Positions 11,975 to 24,380 of a DNA stretch of 64,000 bases are shown piece after piece. The notes under the pieces are model-generated. The model was given only the letters and a program-made list of their open reading frames with translations, was not told the DNA's origin and made no database searches. The DNA lies in contig NC_043021.1 in the NCBI RefSeq assembly GCF_006345805.1, positions 26,040,001 through 26,104,000 on the forward strand, read 5' to 3'. The stretch is from Octopus sinensis (lineage: Eukaryota). The stretch's first letter is position 1. Each line of letters starts with the position of its first letter. The position numbers and the translations under genes were made by a program.

Positions 11975-13035
11975 AGAAGCAAAATCATCAGCACGCTGGA
12001 TGAAATGGTTAGCGGTATTTCACCCATCACTATATTCTGAGTTCAAATTCTGCCGAGGTTGACTTTGCCTTTCATCCTTTTGGGGTCGATAAATTAAATA
12101 CCAGTGAAACACTGGTGTCAATGTAATCGACTATCCCCCTCCACTCAAATTCCTGGTCTAATGCCTATAGTATTGTGCTAATATCATTATTATTATTATT
12201 ATTATTATTATGATGATGATGATGATTAAAGTGCCAAGCTTGCAGAATCGTTAGCAAACCAGATGAAATATTTTCAGCATTTGTTCTGACTTTTCATCCT
12301 GAATTGAAATACGACCGAGGTGGACTTTGCCTTTCATCCTTTTAGAATCAATAAAATAAGTCACAGGGCTCAACAAACCTGCTCCCCTGAAATTTCAGGT
12401 TCTGTGCCTTTAGTAAAACGGAATATTATTATTATTAGCAGAAGTCAGGTGGTGAGCTAGCAGCATTTCATCCGTCTTTGATTCTGAGTTCAAATTCCAC
12501 CAAAGTCAAATCTGCCTTTCACGGTCAATAAAATAAGGACTAGTTGAATCATGGGGTAGATGTAATTGACTTACTCCCTCCTTCAAATTGCTGGCTTTGA
12601 GCCAAAATTTGAAACCATTATTATTATTATTATTATTAAACTCACCTGTGCCACATAGAAAGCACTAAGTCCACCCTACTGAATGGTTGGTGTTAGGAAG
12701 GGCATCCAGCTGTAAAAATCCTGCCAAAACAGTCACAGAAGTCTGGTGCAGGGTTCTGCTTGGCCAGCTCCCGTCAAACCATCCCACCCATGCCAGCATG
12801 GAAGGCAGACGTTAAATGATAATGATTATTATTATTATTATCATCATTAAAATGGTGAGCTGGCAGAACTGTCAGGCAAAATGCTTGGCAGCAAAAACTG
12901 CTGAAATCGACTTTGCCTTTCATCCTCTTGAAGGTGATAAAATAAGTACCAGTTGTGTACTGGGGTTGATGTAAATGACTTACCCCCTCCCCTGAAATTG
13001 CTGGCCTTGTGCCAAAATTCGAAACCATTATTATT
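11975..13035 (+). mobile_element. Head-to-tail train of four type-C SINEs and one RTE tail; other type-C copies near 10868, 23640 (+) and 15215-15600, 18420, 30900, 57525 (-)
   Basis: Each copy has ttctgagttcaaattc...gactttgcctttcatcc...taaaataagtaccag (decayed to varying degrees) and ends in (ATT)n. Confidence 0.85.
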
Positions 13036-15938
13036 ATTAGTAGTAGTAGTAGTAGTAGCAGAAGCAGTATTGGTAGCATCAGCAGCAGTTGTAGTAAGAA
13101 AAGTAGGAAGTACATAACATTGTTAATAAAACCATCTTAAAAGTACATGTAACCCGAGATAGACATGGCCAAGATCTCCATAAAGAACTCACAAGATTGC
13201 AATCAGGAATGGTACCACACAGATCTATAGTGATCAATAATATTATAGAAAGCTAATCAATTGAATTCTATTGTATTCTTTACTGTGTTATGGGAAGCGA
13301 ACTCTTAAAATCCATCATAGAAGGACTTAGGCAAACCAGCAACCATGATGAGGTTGTGAGACACGAGGCAAGTCAGAAACCACCAAAGATTGTTACATCA
13401 AGACAGACCAAAGAAGGAAAAGAAAAACGGCTGCAAAATTATGGATCATCATCATCCTCATCACATGCATCCATTTCTCTATGATTGCATGGATAAGATG
13501 AAGTTTAATGTAGCAGATTTTCTATAGTTGGATATCTGTCCTGTCACTAACCCTCACTGGTTTCCAAGCAAGGTAATATATTTCCTCCTTGGCCAGACGT
13601 GTTCTCAAAGAATATTGGAAACGAATGACACAGCTTGTATGACACTGACAATCATTTTACAACAATCACGTGACATCAAGACAAGGAGACACACACACAC
13701 ACACACATTATCTATCAAGGAGAATAAGAAATAGAAAGTCCTTGGTACAATATTTGAACAAAATGAATAGGAATGGTTTTTCCAACAGATTTTTCCACTT
13801 TAATGATTTTCAGGCATCTTTGTGTTTCTTCTTTTGCTCCCCACCCAACACAACATGGCACTTTCCCTTGCAGAGGGGAAGGAGCTGCTTTGGGAGGTGG
13901 TGGTCTACTACATGACTGAAGCAATAAACAACTCAAGTCCCACTGCATGGCTCCTTGGGCTGCAGGCTTCTACTTTGGCCCTGGGGCGAACTAATGGCTA
14001 TGAGTAGATTTGGGAAGCGGAAATTGAAAGATGTGTGTGTGAACAGGTTTCCTTGTCTTGAAAGGATACAACAGTTACGAATGGATGCCACGGTCACAAA
14101 TTCAGTGTCTGTTGTTTCTAGTCTTCCATGGGGGAAATATTATTTTGCTTGGAAGCAGGTGAAGGCTGGAAACAAAAAGGGTATCCAGTTGTAGAAATTC
14201 TACCAAAATGAATTCCACCTAATCCACGCGAGTATGACAAAGTGAATGTTAAACCAATGATGGTGGTGATGGTGATGATGATGATGATGGTGATGATGGT
14301 GATGGTGATGAGATGCTGTGGCTATTCCATTGCTAATAAGTAGGATTTCAGACATAAAACATATTCTTATTTCAAAGATGGTAGAGAAGGTCTAAAGAAA
14401 TGGTCTTGGCTAAGACGCTCTCTGTTCCAATAACCACATGACCACCTCTCCTCACTGGCTCATTGGTGAAAGGATTCCCGCTAAATACCAAGGGTTTCCT
14501 TCAAAAACACTTCAGGTACTGTACAACTATGAGTGTAGACTAGAGCTGCAAATCCATAGAAATATACACAGGACACAAAAACAAAAGTCTAACGAGTAAT
14601 AATTATGAAGATTTGCATTATTATTAGAAACTGTGGTAATCTCTCGTGTTTGTATAGATACATGTGTGGTATTTAGCTGTGATCTGTAGCGGTGTAGAGA
14701 GAGCCGAACTAGTGGAAGCAACAACAATCTATAGTGTGCCAGTGAATACTATTGCAATCAATAGTACAAGAGGCATGTACTATTGAAATCTATTCGAATC
14801 AATAGCATCAAAGGCAGCTGTATTATTATTCAGTGCAGTATTTCATGATGGCTTTCATACAAACTCTGCAAATGCTGTCTTGGCAATAAGCCCGAGCAAC
14901 TTTCAACACACACACACTTATACACAACAGCTGCTTCTACTACTATTACCAATACAAATATACAGGAGGTGGGGGTGGGGGGAGGGCAGGCAGAGTCGCT
15001 CCAACTGAATGCCATTATGTGAGAGATACTCTTTTTTCTTTTTCTTTCTTTTTCTTTTTTTTTTTTACTTCCCCAATCCAGGAAGGAATAAAAGCAAAGT
15101 GGAATTCGATGGGAGTTGAACACAGAACATTACTAAGTTCAGCAAGGGATTTCCTCCTATCACTTGACTGATTCTAACAGAATAACAATAATAATAATAA
15201 CAACAACAACAATAGTATTGAGTTTTAGCACAAGGCCAGCAGCTTTGGGGGAGGGGTTGAGTCAATTACATTGACACCAGGGCTCGACTGGTCCTTATTT
15301 TATCAACCTTATAAGGATTAAAGGCAAAGTCAACCCCAGAGGAATTTGAACTCAGAACGTAAAAACAGACGAAATACAACTAAGCATTTCGCTCAGCTTT
15401 CTAACTATTTTGCCAGAAGGACAGCAGTTTCGCAGGAGGGGGGGAGTGAGTTGGTTACATCAACCCCAGTATTCAACTGGTATTTATTTTATCAAAGCCC
15501 AAAAGGATGAAAGGCAAAGTGGATCTTGGCAGAATTTGAACTGAGACCATGAAAACAGGCAAAATACCACTTGGAAAATTTCACTAACGATTCTGCCTTT
15601 GTAATAATAATAATAATAAGAAGAATGAGGAGGATGGTGGGGTGTTGAAGTAAATATCAACCTTTTGGGGGTCTACAAGCTTACAGGAGTACAGGTTAAA
15701 AAGTAGCATTGTGTACTGTTAATGAATTGGGGGTCAATTCTATAAAGGTGTTGCAGCACAAGCAGTCAGCCTTGCCTTCCATTATAAAGGGATAATGAGA
15801 TTGGATGGAATCTCATTACTTTCCAGAAATGGTTTATTAGTGGTGGGCATGCTGATTGTCTCTGTGCATAGCCATGTCTCATTACACACACACACATTCG
15901 TTTGGGAATAGAAATGGGATAAACGAAACTCAGAACAG

Positions 15939-15979
<41 letters not shown>

Positions 15980-15982
<3 letters not shown>

Positions 15983-16172
15983 TGTTGAAATTTACAGAAA
16001 AACAGAAGATGAAGACAGGTGTATAAACAACAAGCAGGTGTATTAGTTTAATGCTCAGGAAAGTGAAGAAGTCTTTTACGTTTTGAGCCTACACTCTTCA
16101 ACAGAAAGGAACACGACGAAATAAACAACGAGAGAATAAAAAACTTGTGGACTTAGCGATCAATCATGGCAA
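15980..16172 (-). mobile_element. Penelope-like (pLTR-type) relic inserted between (GT)n and (TA)n
   Basis: Carries a minimal hammerhead-like core; microsatellite flanks. The family assignment is inferred from the ribozyme architecture. Confidence 0.5.
16073..16108 (-). ncRNA. Decayed minimal type-I hammerhead ribozyme
   Basis: CUUU-CUGuUGA-A-GAGU(GUAG)GCUC-aAAAC-GUA-AAAG: 4-bp stem I, 4-bp stem II, palindromic ACGU stem III, GUA cleavage triplet; core positions A6 and G12 mutated. Confidence 0.5.
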
Positions 16173-16879
16173 CTATATATATATATTAGCTGACCTGCAC
16201 AACCCATCACAACTATCTTCTCTCCAACAACCTTCACTAGATCCTCACCATCCTCATCTATCTCCCTAAATATATATATTGTTGTTTTTTTTATTTACAC
16301 ACACATCTATGATATATTTATGGCTGTGTGGTTAAGGAGCCTGCTTTGCAACCACATAGTTTTGGGTTCAACTCCACTGCATGACACTTGAGAAAGTGTC
16401 TTCCACTAAAGTTCCAAGCCAACCAATGTCTAGTGAATGAATTTGGTAGACAGAAACTGTGTTGAAGCCTGCCTTATATATACAGGTGCTGGTGTCACAT
16501 AAAATGCACCCAGCACAGTCTGTAAAGTGGTTGGTGTTGGGAAACACATCTAGCTGTAGAAAGCATACCACAACAGACAATTGGTGTCTGGCCAGCTCCT
16601 GTCAAACCATCCAACCCAAGACAGCATGGAAAATGGACATTAAACGATGATGATGATGATCACACACACGCACACGCACACATAGAAAGCCACAAATGTT
16701 CCATCCTGGTTTTCCCGTCCGTCCTTGTATCGTCTGTCTGTCCGTAAGTTTTTGTTGTCATCCGTTATGTTATTGTTCTGTTTTTTGGATTTACATAACA
16801 TAATGAGGGACTCTTCTGTCACAGCTTCTGGCAAAGGACCTGCACAAATGATTTGTTTATATAGATCAAATGTATGTGC

Positions 16880-17415
16880 CATACATTAGCTCACTCCTGC
16901 CATCAATGTTGCCAAAACAGGTGCACCATTGCACCATGCATCAGGTGTCAGAACGATTGGTGGACGCAGTTTATTTCATGCTTCAGCAATTCTGAGTGTC
17001 AAAAAATGTTTCTCCGCTCATGGATGCTGTGTTGCTTTTTGCTATTTTAAGTCATATCCACAAGTGTTAGACATATGAAATCCCAAAAAGGTGGCCCAAG
17101 GTGTCTACCAAGTCAGTTACCAGTAGTCTGAGCTTTAATGTATCCCTGCCCAGGGAAGCAAGAGTATGATAGATGCCTGATGGTAAATATTCATCTGGTT
17201 GCACATTTCCGAATACTTTCCAAGAGATTGTTATGCTGAGCAAGACAGAGGTCCCAGGCTGGTGATGCAAACCCTAAGTATGGCCGTACCATAGTCATAT
17301 ACAATTTTAAATATCTGGAGAGTGGCAGACAAAGGTCTTTCTGAATGGTGCAAAGACACCTTCAGCTTTCTTGACAATCTTAGAAATGAAAGTAGGAGAG
17401 CAAATAAACAAAAAT
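16880..17415 (-). mobile_element. CR1/L2-group LINE 3' fragment
   Basis: Hand translation across frameshifts: HISKIVKKAEG...RPYLGFASPAW...LLESIRKCATR...LRIAEA*NKL. Confidence 0.65.
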
Positions 17416-17424
17416 GGGCTTTAA

Positions 17425-17644
17425 CCCTTTCATTACCGTATTTATTTTGAGATGTTCTGTGTTTCTTTCAGTTACGTTAAATATAACAAAGAACTTAGGA
17501 AAATAACTTAGTTATCATTCATCTAGTGTTAGGAACACAAAATGGGACTGAGGTTTGGTGGAAGATTTTAATTCAAAGTTTATGAAAACAAGACGTTTGT
17601 ACTCAAAGTAAGAGCCAGTTTCAGCCGGGTTGGTCATGAAAGGG
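17425..17644. mobile_element. piggyBac-type MITE, 220 bp
   Basis: TTAA on both sides (17421-17424, 17645-17648); TIRs CCCTTTCATTACC / CCCTTTCATGACC (12/13). Confidence 0.85.
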
Positions 17645-19263
17645 TTAATCTTTCTTTTGTTTATCTGTCTCTCTACTTCCTTACCAGCTCAATGAGGCTC
17701 ATTCTTTCAGCCAACTTTGGATGCTGGAGGCAGCTGTCTTGGATGAAGAAGCTGGATTTTTAAGTTCTCATCTATCTGAACATTACTCTGTGGATATCTA
17801 GAACATGCTTACTTCATGTTCTCCCACACATTGATTAAGTATCTTAGCTGACCAGCACAACCCACCACAACTCTCTTCTCTCCAATGATCTTCACTAGAT
17901 CCTCAACATCTTCATCTATCTCGCTCCTCCTCCTTCCACCTGTACTCATCTTTCTAATGTGGGACAGCACTGGACCCACCCCCATACATAATCCATCTCA
18001 TCTTTCTTACTTTCACACTAACTTATTCTTCCATTCCCCTGCCCCCTTCCATACTCCCTCCTACTCCTCCCCCAACAATAAATCTCTCTCTCTTTTCAGT
18101 CTCGCAAATTACAAGGCAACCCCACTAGTGATGGTGCTACAGCAAAACCAGCCAGTATAGATGTTAGGGTGGCTGTCATCAGGAGGGGCATTCAAAACAG
18201 AGGCAGTAGGATACAACACAGTACTTCAACTCATTGGGTCCTCTTGAATTCTCCAGTCCATACCAACATGGAAGATTGGGGGAGATGCGGCGGGGGGGGG
18301 GGGCACGCAAAAAATAATGATGATGATGATATATGCATATGTAATATCTCCAACAAACAAAATCCCTGCTGATGCATAATAATATTAATAATACTAATAA
18401 TAATAATAAACAACAATAATACTGGTTTCAAATTTTGGTACAAGGCCAGCAATTTCAGGGTAGCGGGAGGAGACATACATTGATCCCAGTACACAAAGGA
18501 TGAAAGGCAAAAATCAACGTTGGCAGAATTTGAACTCAGGACATAAGGACAAACGAAATATTGCTAAGTCCTTAGTCTGGCACCGTTAACAATTCTGCCA
18601 GCTTGCTTCCTTAACAATAACAATCTCCTCGTCTACCACACGCACAAGGGCTGAATGACCACAGTGGGAGGGCACTAATGACCACAAGGCGAAAAAAAAA
18701 AACACAGCTTAGTGTTTATGAAATAAAGACCATTCAACTGGTACAATTTGTTTGCTGCCACATGTTCTTAAAACAAAGAGGTTAAGAAGCTTGCTCTAAA
18801 CATGTTGTTTTGGGTTCAGTCCCACTGCATGGCACCTTGGACAAGTGTCTTCCTGGGCCAACTAATTCCTTGGGAGTGAATTTGGTAGATGGAAACTGTA
18901 CTGAATCCCATCAAGAGTGTGTGTGAGCGTGTGTGTATTTGTTCCCACCACTGCTTGACAACTGATGTTGCTTTGTTTACATTCCCATAACTTAGTGGTT
19001 CAGCAAAAGACACTGATAGACTAAGTACCAGACTTCAAAACAAAAAAGAATACTGGGATGTGATCTGTTGAACTAAAACCCGTTGAAGTGATGCTCCAGC
19101 ATGGCCACGGTCCAAAGACTGAAACTAGTGAAAGTCAGAAGATAAAATTATACTGAGCTGAGATGAAATATAATCAACACTGGGTCAGAAGGTCATCATG
19201 GCTCCTATTTCTGATGCTGCAGTTTGGTCGGTCTACGTTCATGCTCATTTCTTGTTGTTGTTA

Positions 19264-19408
19264 TCAGATATTTTATAGTTGTTGTTGTTGTTGTTGCTGT
19301 TGTCAGATATTTTATAGTTGTTGTTGTTGTTGCTGTTGTCAGATATTTTATAGTTGTTGTTGTTGTTGTTGCTGTTGTCAGATATTTTATAGTTGTTGTT
19401 GCTGCTGT
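19264..19408. repeat. Compound minisatellite: 4 x TCAGATATTTTATAG plus variable (TTG)n
   Basis: Periods 39, 36, 39 bp. Confidence 0.95.
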
Positions 19409-20814
19409 ATTGGTTTTCTTAGCAATTGTACAGTGATTGTTCTTTTAGAAGTAGTCGGAAAGCTTTTGTGGTAGCATTTATTGTGGAAGGGTTAGGATCT
19501 GGCAGAGAATCGGCAGCAAAACTACAAGACTGGAGAGATTGGCGGAAGAAAGAAGAGAGCGAAAAGGAAGAAAAAGAAAAAAAGAAGTTAAGAGAAGAGA
19601 GAGGGAAGAGGAAGGAGTAAGTGAATAAGGCGAAAAAGAGAGGGGGTAGGTGGGAGTAGTGGATAGGAAAGGAAGAGTTTCAGAGAGAGAGGTGGGGAGA
19701 GGGAGAAAGAGAGAGAGAAAAGTTAAAGCTGTTTGGGGAAGTAATTTTAACAAAGTCCCTTCCTTGTCACGTTCTCCCTTCTCTGGTTTTTTTTTTTTTA
19801 GTCTTAAACTGAGAGGAAAAATTATTTGAATTGTATTAATTAATTATCATTGATTGGTATGGCAGTTTGATTTCAAGGTCAGCAGTTTGAAGAACACTCA
19901 TTGTTTCACTGCTTTCCATTGGTGCGCATGTATTTGAGTGAGTGGGTGTATGTAAGAATATTGGTGGGCGGACATGTATCAGTCTGTGTGGATGCATGTA
20001 TGCGTGTGTGTGTGTGTGTGTGTGTGTATGCATGTGTGTGTGGATGCATGTATGCATGTATGCATGTGTGTGTTTTCAAATCATATTTTATGATTCTCTT
20101 CATTCCATCTCACTGCCATGGTCAACAACATTACTACAACCAACAAATGATACCATTGCCACACACACACACACGTATTTAATTAGTATTGAAAGTGTCT
20201 TTGGAAGGGGCTCATCTGTTTCACATGTCCAACTGACAGGACAACTGGACCCATGCAAAAGACAAGCCTTCTAAAGGGGTCTTTTGCTATTTATAAAATG
20301 CAACACCCAATATAACGGAATATTGAGCTTTCATTTGAACCGTAGGCTTCCCAGATCTATACTGATTATATATTCCATATTATACACACACACACACATC
20401 ATCGTCGTTTAGCATTCATTTTGCATGTTGGCATGGGTCAGACAGTTTGACCAGTCCAAAGCAAACTGTCTAATCCATGGAAAACAGACACTAAATGATG
20501 ATGAGGATCACACACACACACACGCACACATATACATATATGTACTGACATACACACACAATATACATATTCTTCTTCATTTTCTTTTATTTATAAAGTC
20601 CTTTCTTCCATACTCGTATGGCTCAAACAGAATTCATAGAGACAGACTCTCTACAGCTGGATGCCTTTCCTGTTGCCAACCCTTGCCTGTTTCCAGGTAA
20701 GGTAATGTTTCCCCATGACCAGACATACTTTCACAAGAGATCAGAAATGAAGGACACCACTTTTATAACAGTGACACTCATTTACTGCTAACACATGATG
20801 TCAAAATGATGAGG

Positions 20815-20846
<32 letters not shown>

Positions 20847-21145
20847 TTCTGTCTATGAAATCCACTTAGGTTTTAGCTGATTTAGGGCCACAGAAGATAT
20901 AATCTCAAGGGGCCAAGCATACATGCCTCCGATCTCCCTCTTGCTCTTCCCACTACCGTTCTCCTCACTTTCTCTACTTCCCCCCTCTTCCCCTCCCCCA
21001 ACCTACTCCTATTTCCTTCCCCCATCCCATCCCACCAACCTAATACTCACCATTACCCATGCTTCCATTTTTTTCCCCCATTCATTGGATTCACCTCTAC
21101 CCCAACCCCGTCCACCCCCTTTCTCACTCTTACAAACCCATCCTG

Positions 21146-21178
<33 letters not shown>

Positions 21179-21414
21179 ATTCACTTTCTTCATACAGCCT
21201 CACACCACACTCATCCTCCTGGGTCCTCCCACTCTTTTATAAAGTAGGGAGCAGCCATGTGTCTCCTCTACAGCAAGACACTTTTATCATACTTTAGCTT
21301 CTTAACACCCAGCAAAAAGTCACCTCCCTCTCTACTGCCCCTCCCCCCACTTCGTTGAGGTGTGTGTGTGTGTTTGTGTGTGAAGGGGTTTGTCTTGGGA
21401 GTTCCTTGATGACC

Positions 21415-21611
21415 CTGCCAGTGCCGGTGCCAGATAAAAAGTACCCAGTACACTCTGTAAAGTGTATCATGCTAGTGTTAGGAAGGGTGTCTACCCATAG
21501 AAACCATGCCAAGGCAGACCTCAGAGCCCAATGCAGTCTTCCATGTTGTTGGATCTTGTTGAGCTTTCCCAACCACATCGGCAGAGAAGATCAGTTTTAA
21601 ATGATGATGAT
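21415..21611 (+). mobile_element. RTE 3'-tail copy (left member of an inverted pair)
   Basis: gtgttaggaagggtgtctacccatagaaaccatgcc core; (GAT)n end. Confidence 0.75.
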
Positions 21612-21629
21612 ACACACACACAAACACAC

Positions 21630-21850
21630 ATCATCATCATTAAACATTCTGTCTCCATGCTAACATGGATTGGACGGTTCAACATGGAGCTGGCCAGACT
21701 CTGACTGTCTGTTGTGGCATGGTTTCTACGGCTGGATGCCAACCACTTAGCAGAGTGTATTGGGTGCTTCTTACATGCCACCAGCATGGGTGCATTAACA
21801 CAGCACCAGTATGGATGTTTTTTAAGTGGCACTGGAAACAGAAAACCTGT
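21630..21850 (-). mobile_element. RTE 3'-tail copy (right member of an inverted pair)
   Basis: atcatcatcattaaac...ccatgctaacatggattggacgg...ggtttctacggctggatgcc. Confidence 0.8.
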
Positions 21851-21989
21851 TTGTGTGGAAGACAGTGATTTCACTTCGCTTGACACATCAGACAACAGTA
21901 AATAGCCTCATGATATATACATACATATATATATATGAGCATATATGTCCGGCCCAGTTGAGAGTACGCCTGATGCATCATGCAATATG

Positions 21990-22455
21990 ATATGCTTGAA
22001 AAGATGTGTTGAGTCAAGTAAAACCAATATTGTAGCTGTGACCAGTGCCCCCTGACTGGCACCTGTGCCAGTGACACATAAAACGCACCATCCAAACATG
22101 GCTGATGCCAGTATCCCCTGACTGGTCCCTGTGCCGATGGCATGTAAAAAGCACCATCCGAATATGGCCAATGCCAGTACCCCCTGACTGACCCCACTGC
22201 CAGTGGCACGTGGAAAGCACTATATGAAAGTGATCAATGGCAGAACTCCCCGATTGACTCCTGTGCCGGTGGCATGTAAAAATCATCCACTACACTCTTG
22301 GAGTGGTTGGCGTTGGGAAGGGCAACAGGCTGTAGAAACCTTGCCAGATCAGATTGGAGCCCGGTGCAGACGCTGGCTCTCCAGACCTCAGTCAAACCGT
22401 CCAATCCATGCCAGCATGGAAAACGGACGTTAAACAATGATGATGATGATGATGA
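21990..22455 (+). mobile_element. RTE 3' UTR copy with four tandem modules of about 62 bp
   Basis: Repeated tgcc(a/g)(g/a)tggca..taaaaagcacc modules, then the standard tail. Confidence 0.85.
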
Positions 22456-22924
22456 TATGGGTACAGGATGTTACCAACTGTTTAAACAACATAAAATACG
22501 AAAACAAATGAGTTAAATACACAAACGAGTGAAACAATGGAAAACAGGACAAGTAACACGGACAACGGCACTTCATCAGTTGTCGGCTGTCCATCTACTC
22601 CTCATTTCAAGCATTCAACGATGATATGAGTCTTCGAAGACAGTTGCTCCCATAAATTCCAAAATAAAATTTTGGATTTATGGAATGTCAAAGTTGGGAA
22701 CAAAAACAGGACAGTGGAGACATATAAGGAAACTGAATGAAAACAAACATGGAGGGTCTTTATACCAGAATGAGAGGAAGATAGTGAACGCTGGGAGAAA
22801 TATTTTTTTGAAAAGAGAAAAGATAGAAGATATCCAGTCCTTAGAACATCATGCAGGAAAAGAAAGATGGACAAGAGAGGGAAAATGTGAACTCTCTCTC
22901 AATGCTCACATGTGACCATCATCC

Positions 22925-23535
22925 ATCTTTCTTTGTCCAGCTTTAATATATCAAAGAATTGACTTGCACAAGTTCTGAATGGATATTTGAGAAATTTGGA
23001 GCCATTCTTCAAAGAAAAACTGCCGTAGCTCTTTTAGTGATGAAGTGGAGGGAACAGTTCTTCCACCAGCTGATCCGAAATGCAACATAAGTGTTCAATT
23101 ATTTTGAGCTGCAGTGATTGCGAGGGGACAATCCTTGTGTCTGCCTCACTTTTATGCTCTCTGTGCTAATCTTAAAAAACATGAGCTGTGTGGATCAGTG
23201 CATTATTGCCCTGGAAGATCGTGCTACCATCAGGGAACAATATTTGTAACATAGGATGGACATGATCAGCCAAAATACTCAGATAATCCTTGGTATTAAC
23301 TCTGCTGTGTAGAACAGCCAAAGGAATTCCATGATATGGCTGCCTAAGTCATCACAAATCCATTTCCATGCTTTGGGGTAGGGGCCAAATAGTCAGGGTT
23401 TAAGGCTTTTTTAGGGAGTCTCCAGACATAAACTCACCCTGAAGTGGGGAAAAAGGACAAATGACGATTCATCAGAGAAGATGAGACATTGTTCCAAAGA
23501 GCTAGTGACCACTTCATTATTTTTACGACTTATCA
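22925..23535 (-). mobile_element. Tc1-family DDE transposase relic
   Basis: Hand translation: FSDESSFVLFPTSG*VYVWRLPKKALNPDYLAPTPKHG...LADHVHPMLQILFPDGSTIFQGNNALIHTAH...IIEHL...SSLKELRQF.FEEW. Confidence 0.88.
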
Positions 23536-24380
23536 ATGTTGATGGGGAGGGGGGGGGGGCAGGGCAAGTTTACCAACTGCAGTCCCTCCTATGGGTAACA
23601 CGGGCTCTGGTTGACACAGGGTTGGCAAGACGGTGGTTTAGATGGGGAGCTGGCAGAAACGTTAGCACGCCAGGTGAAATGCTTAGCGGTATTTTCTCTG
23701 TCATTACGTTCTGAGTTCAAATTCCGCCGAGGTTGACTTTGCCTTTCATCCTTTCGGGGTCGATAAATTAAGTACCAGTTATGCATTGGGGCCGATGTAA
23801 TCGACTTAATCCCTTTGTCTGTCCTTGTTTGTCCCCTCTGTGTTTAGCCCCTTGTGGGCAATAAAGAAATAAGATGGTGGTTTAGCTCTGTTGTCGTTTT
23901 TGCTGCCATACTTTGATGGATTTTAGACCCAAAACTATTCTGTGGTCACTCTCTGTGAGCTTTGTATTCCATCCAGAATTATGCTTGCCAAAGCTGGTTT
24001 TACCATGGTTTTGGAATGGCAACATAATTTTAGAGACCAACCATTTAGAGACTGAAGTTCCAGCCACCCAGGCTCCAACAATTTGGGAGGGGGGGGGAAT
24101 CAGATAAGTTACACGTTTTAACATATTTAAATATAAATATCTGCAAAAAATCAAAACAGAAGACTCTGTGACAAAGTAGAAGGCACAGCAAATGCATATG
24201 AATACACAGAGACAGACAAGAATAGTTTTGAATTTGCCATATTGTCAATAGAAAAACTAGAAAAAAAAAAAGGAAATAATATCTTGCATGGGGGAAGATG
24301 AGGGTTGACCGCAGGAAGGGCATCCAGCTGTAGAAAATCTGCCTCAATGAATTCCATCTGACTGATGTAAGCATGGAAAA

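Noticed and set aside
14966-14990. G-rich runs with G-quadruplex potential (also near 18290, 23550, 46880)
   Set aside because: Short G-runs are common in this window and show no positional pattern.
19163-19474. Poly-Cys ORF and CRISPR-like repeat/spacer look
   Set aside because: The spacers are just (TTG)n, the DNA is eukaryotic and there are no cas genes; the ORF is a microsatellite artefact.
22560-22620. GAAA...CTGATGAAG on the minus strand (similar at 37840-37895), possible type-II hammerhead
   Set aside because: I could not build stem I or a convincing stem II. These remain unclassified, possibly PLE-derived repeats (about 22455-22740 and 37722-37895).
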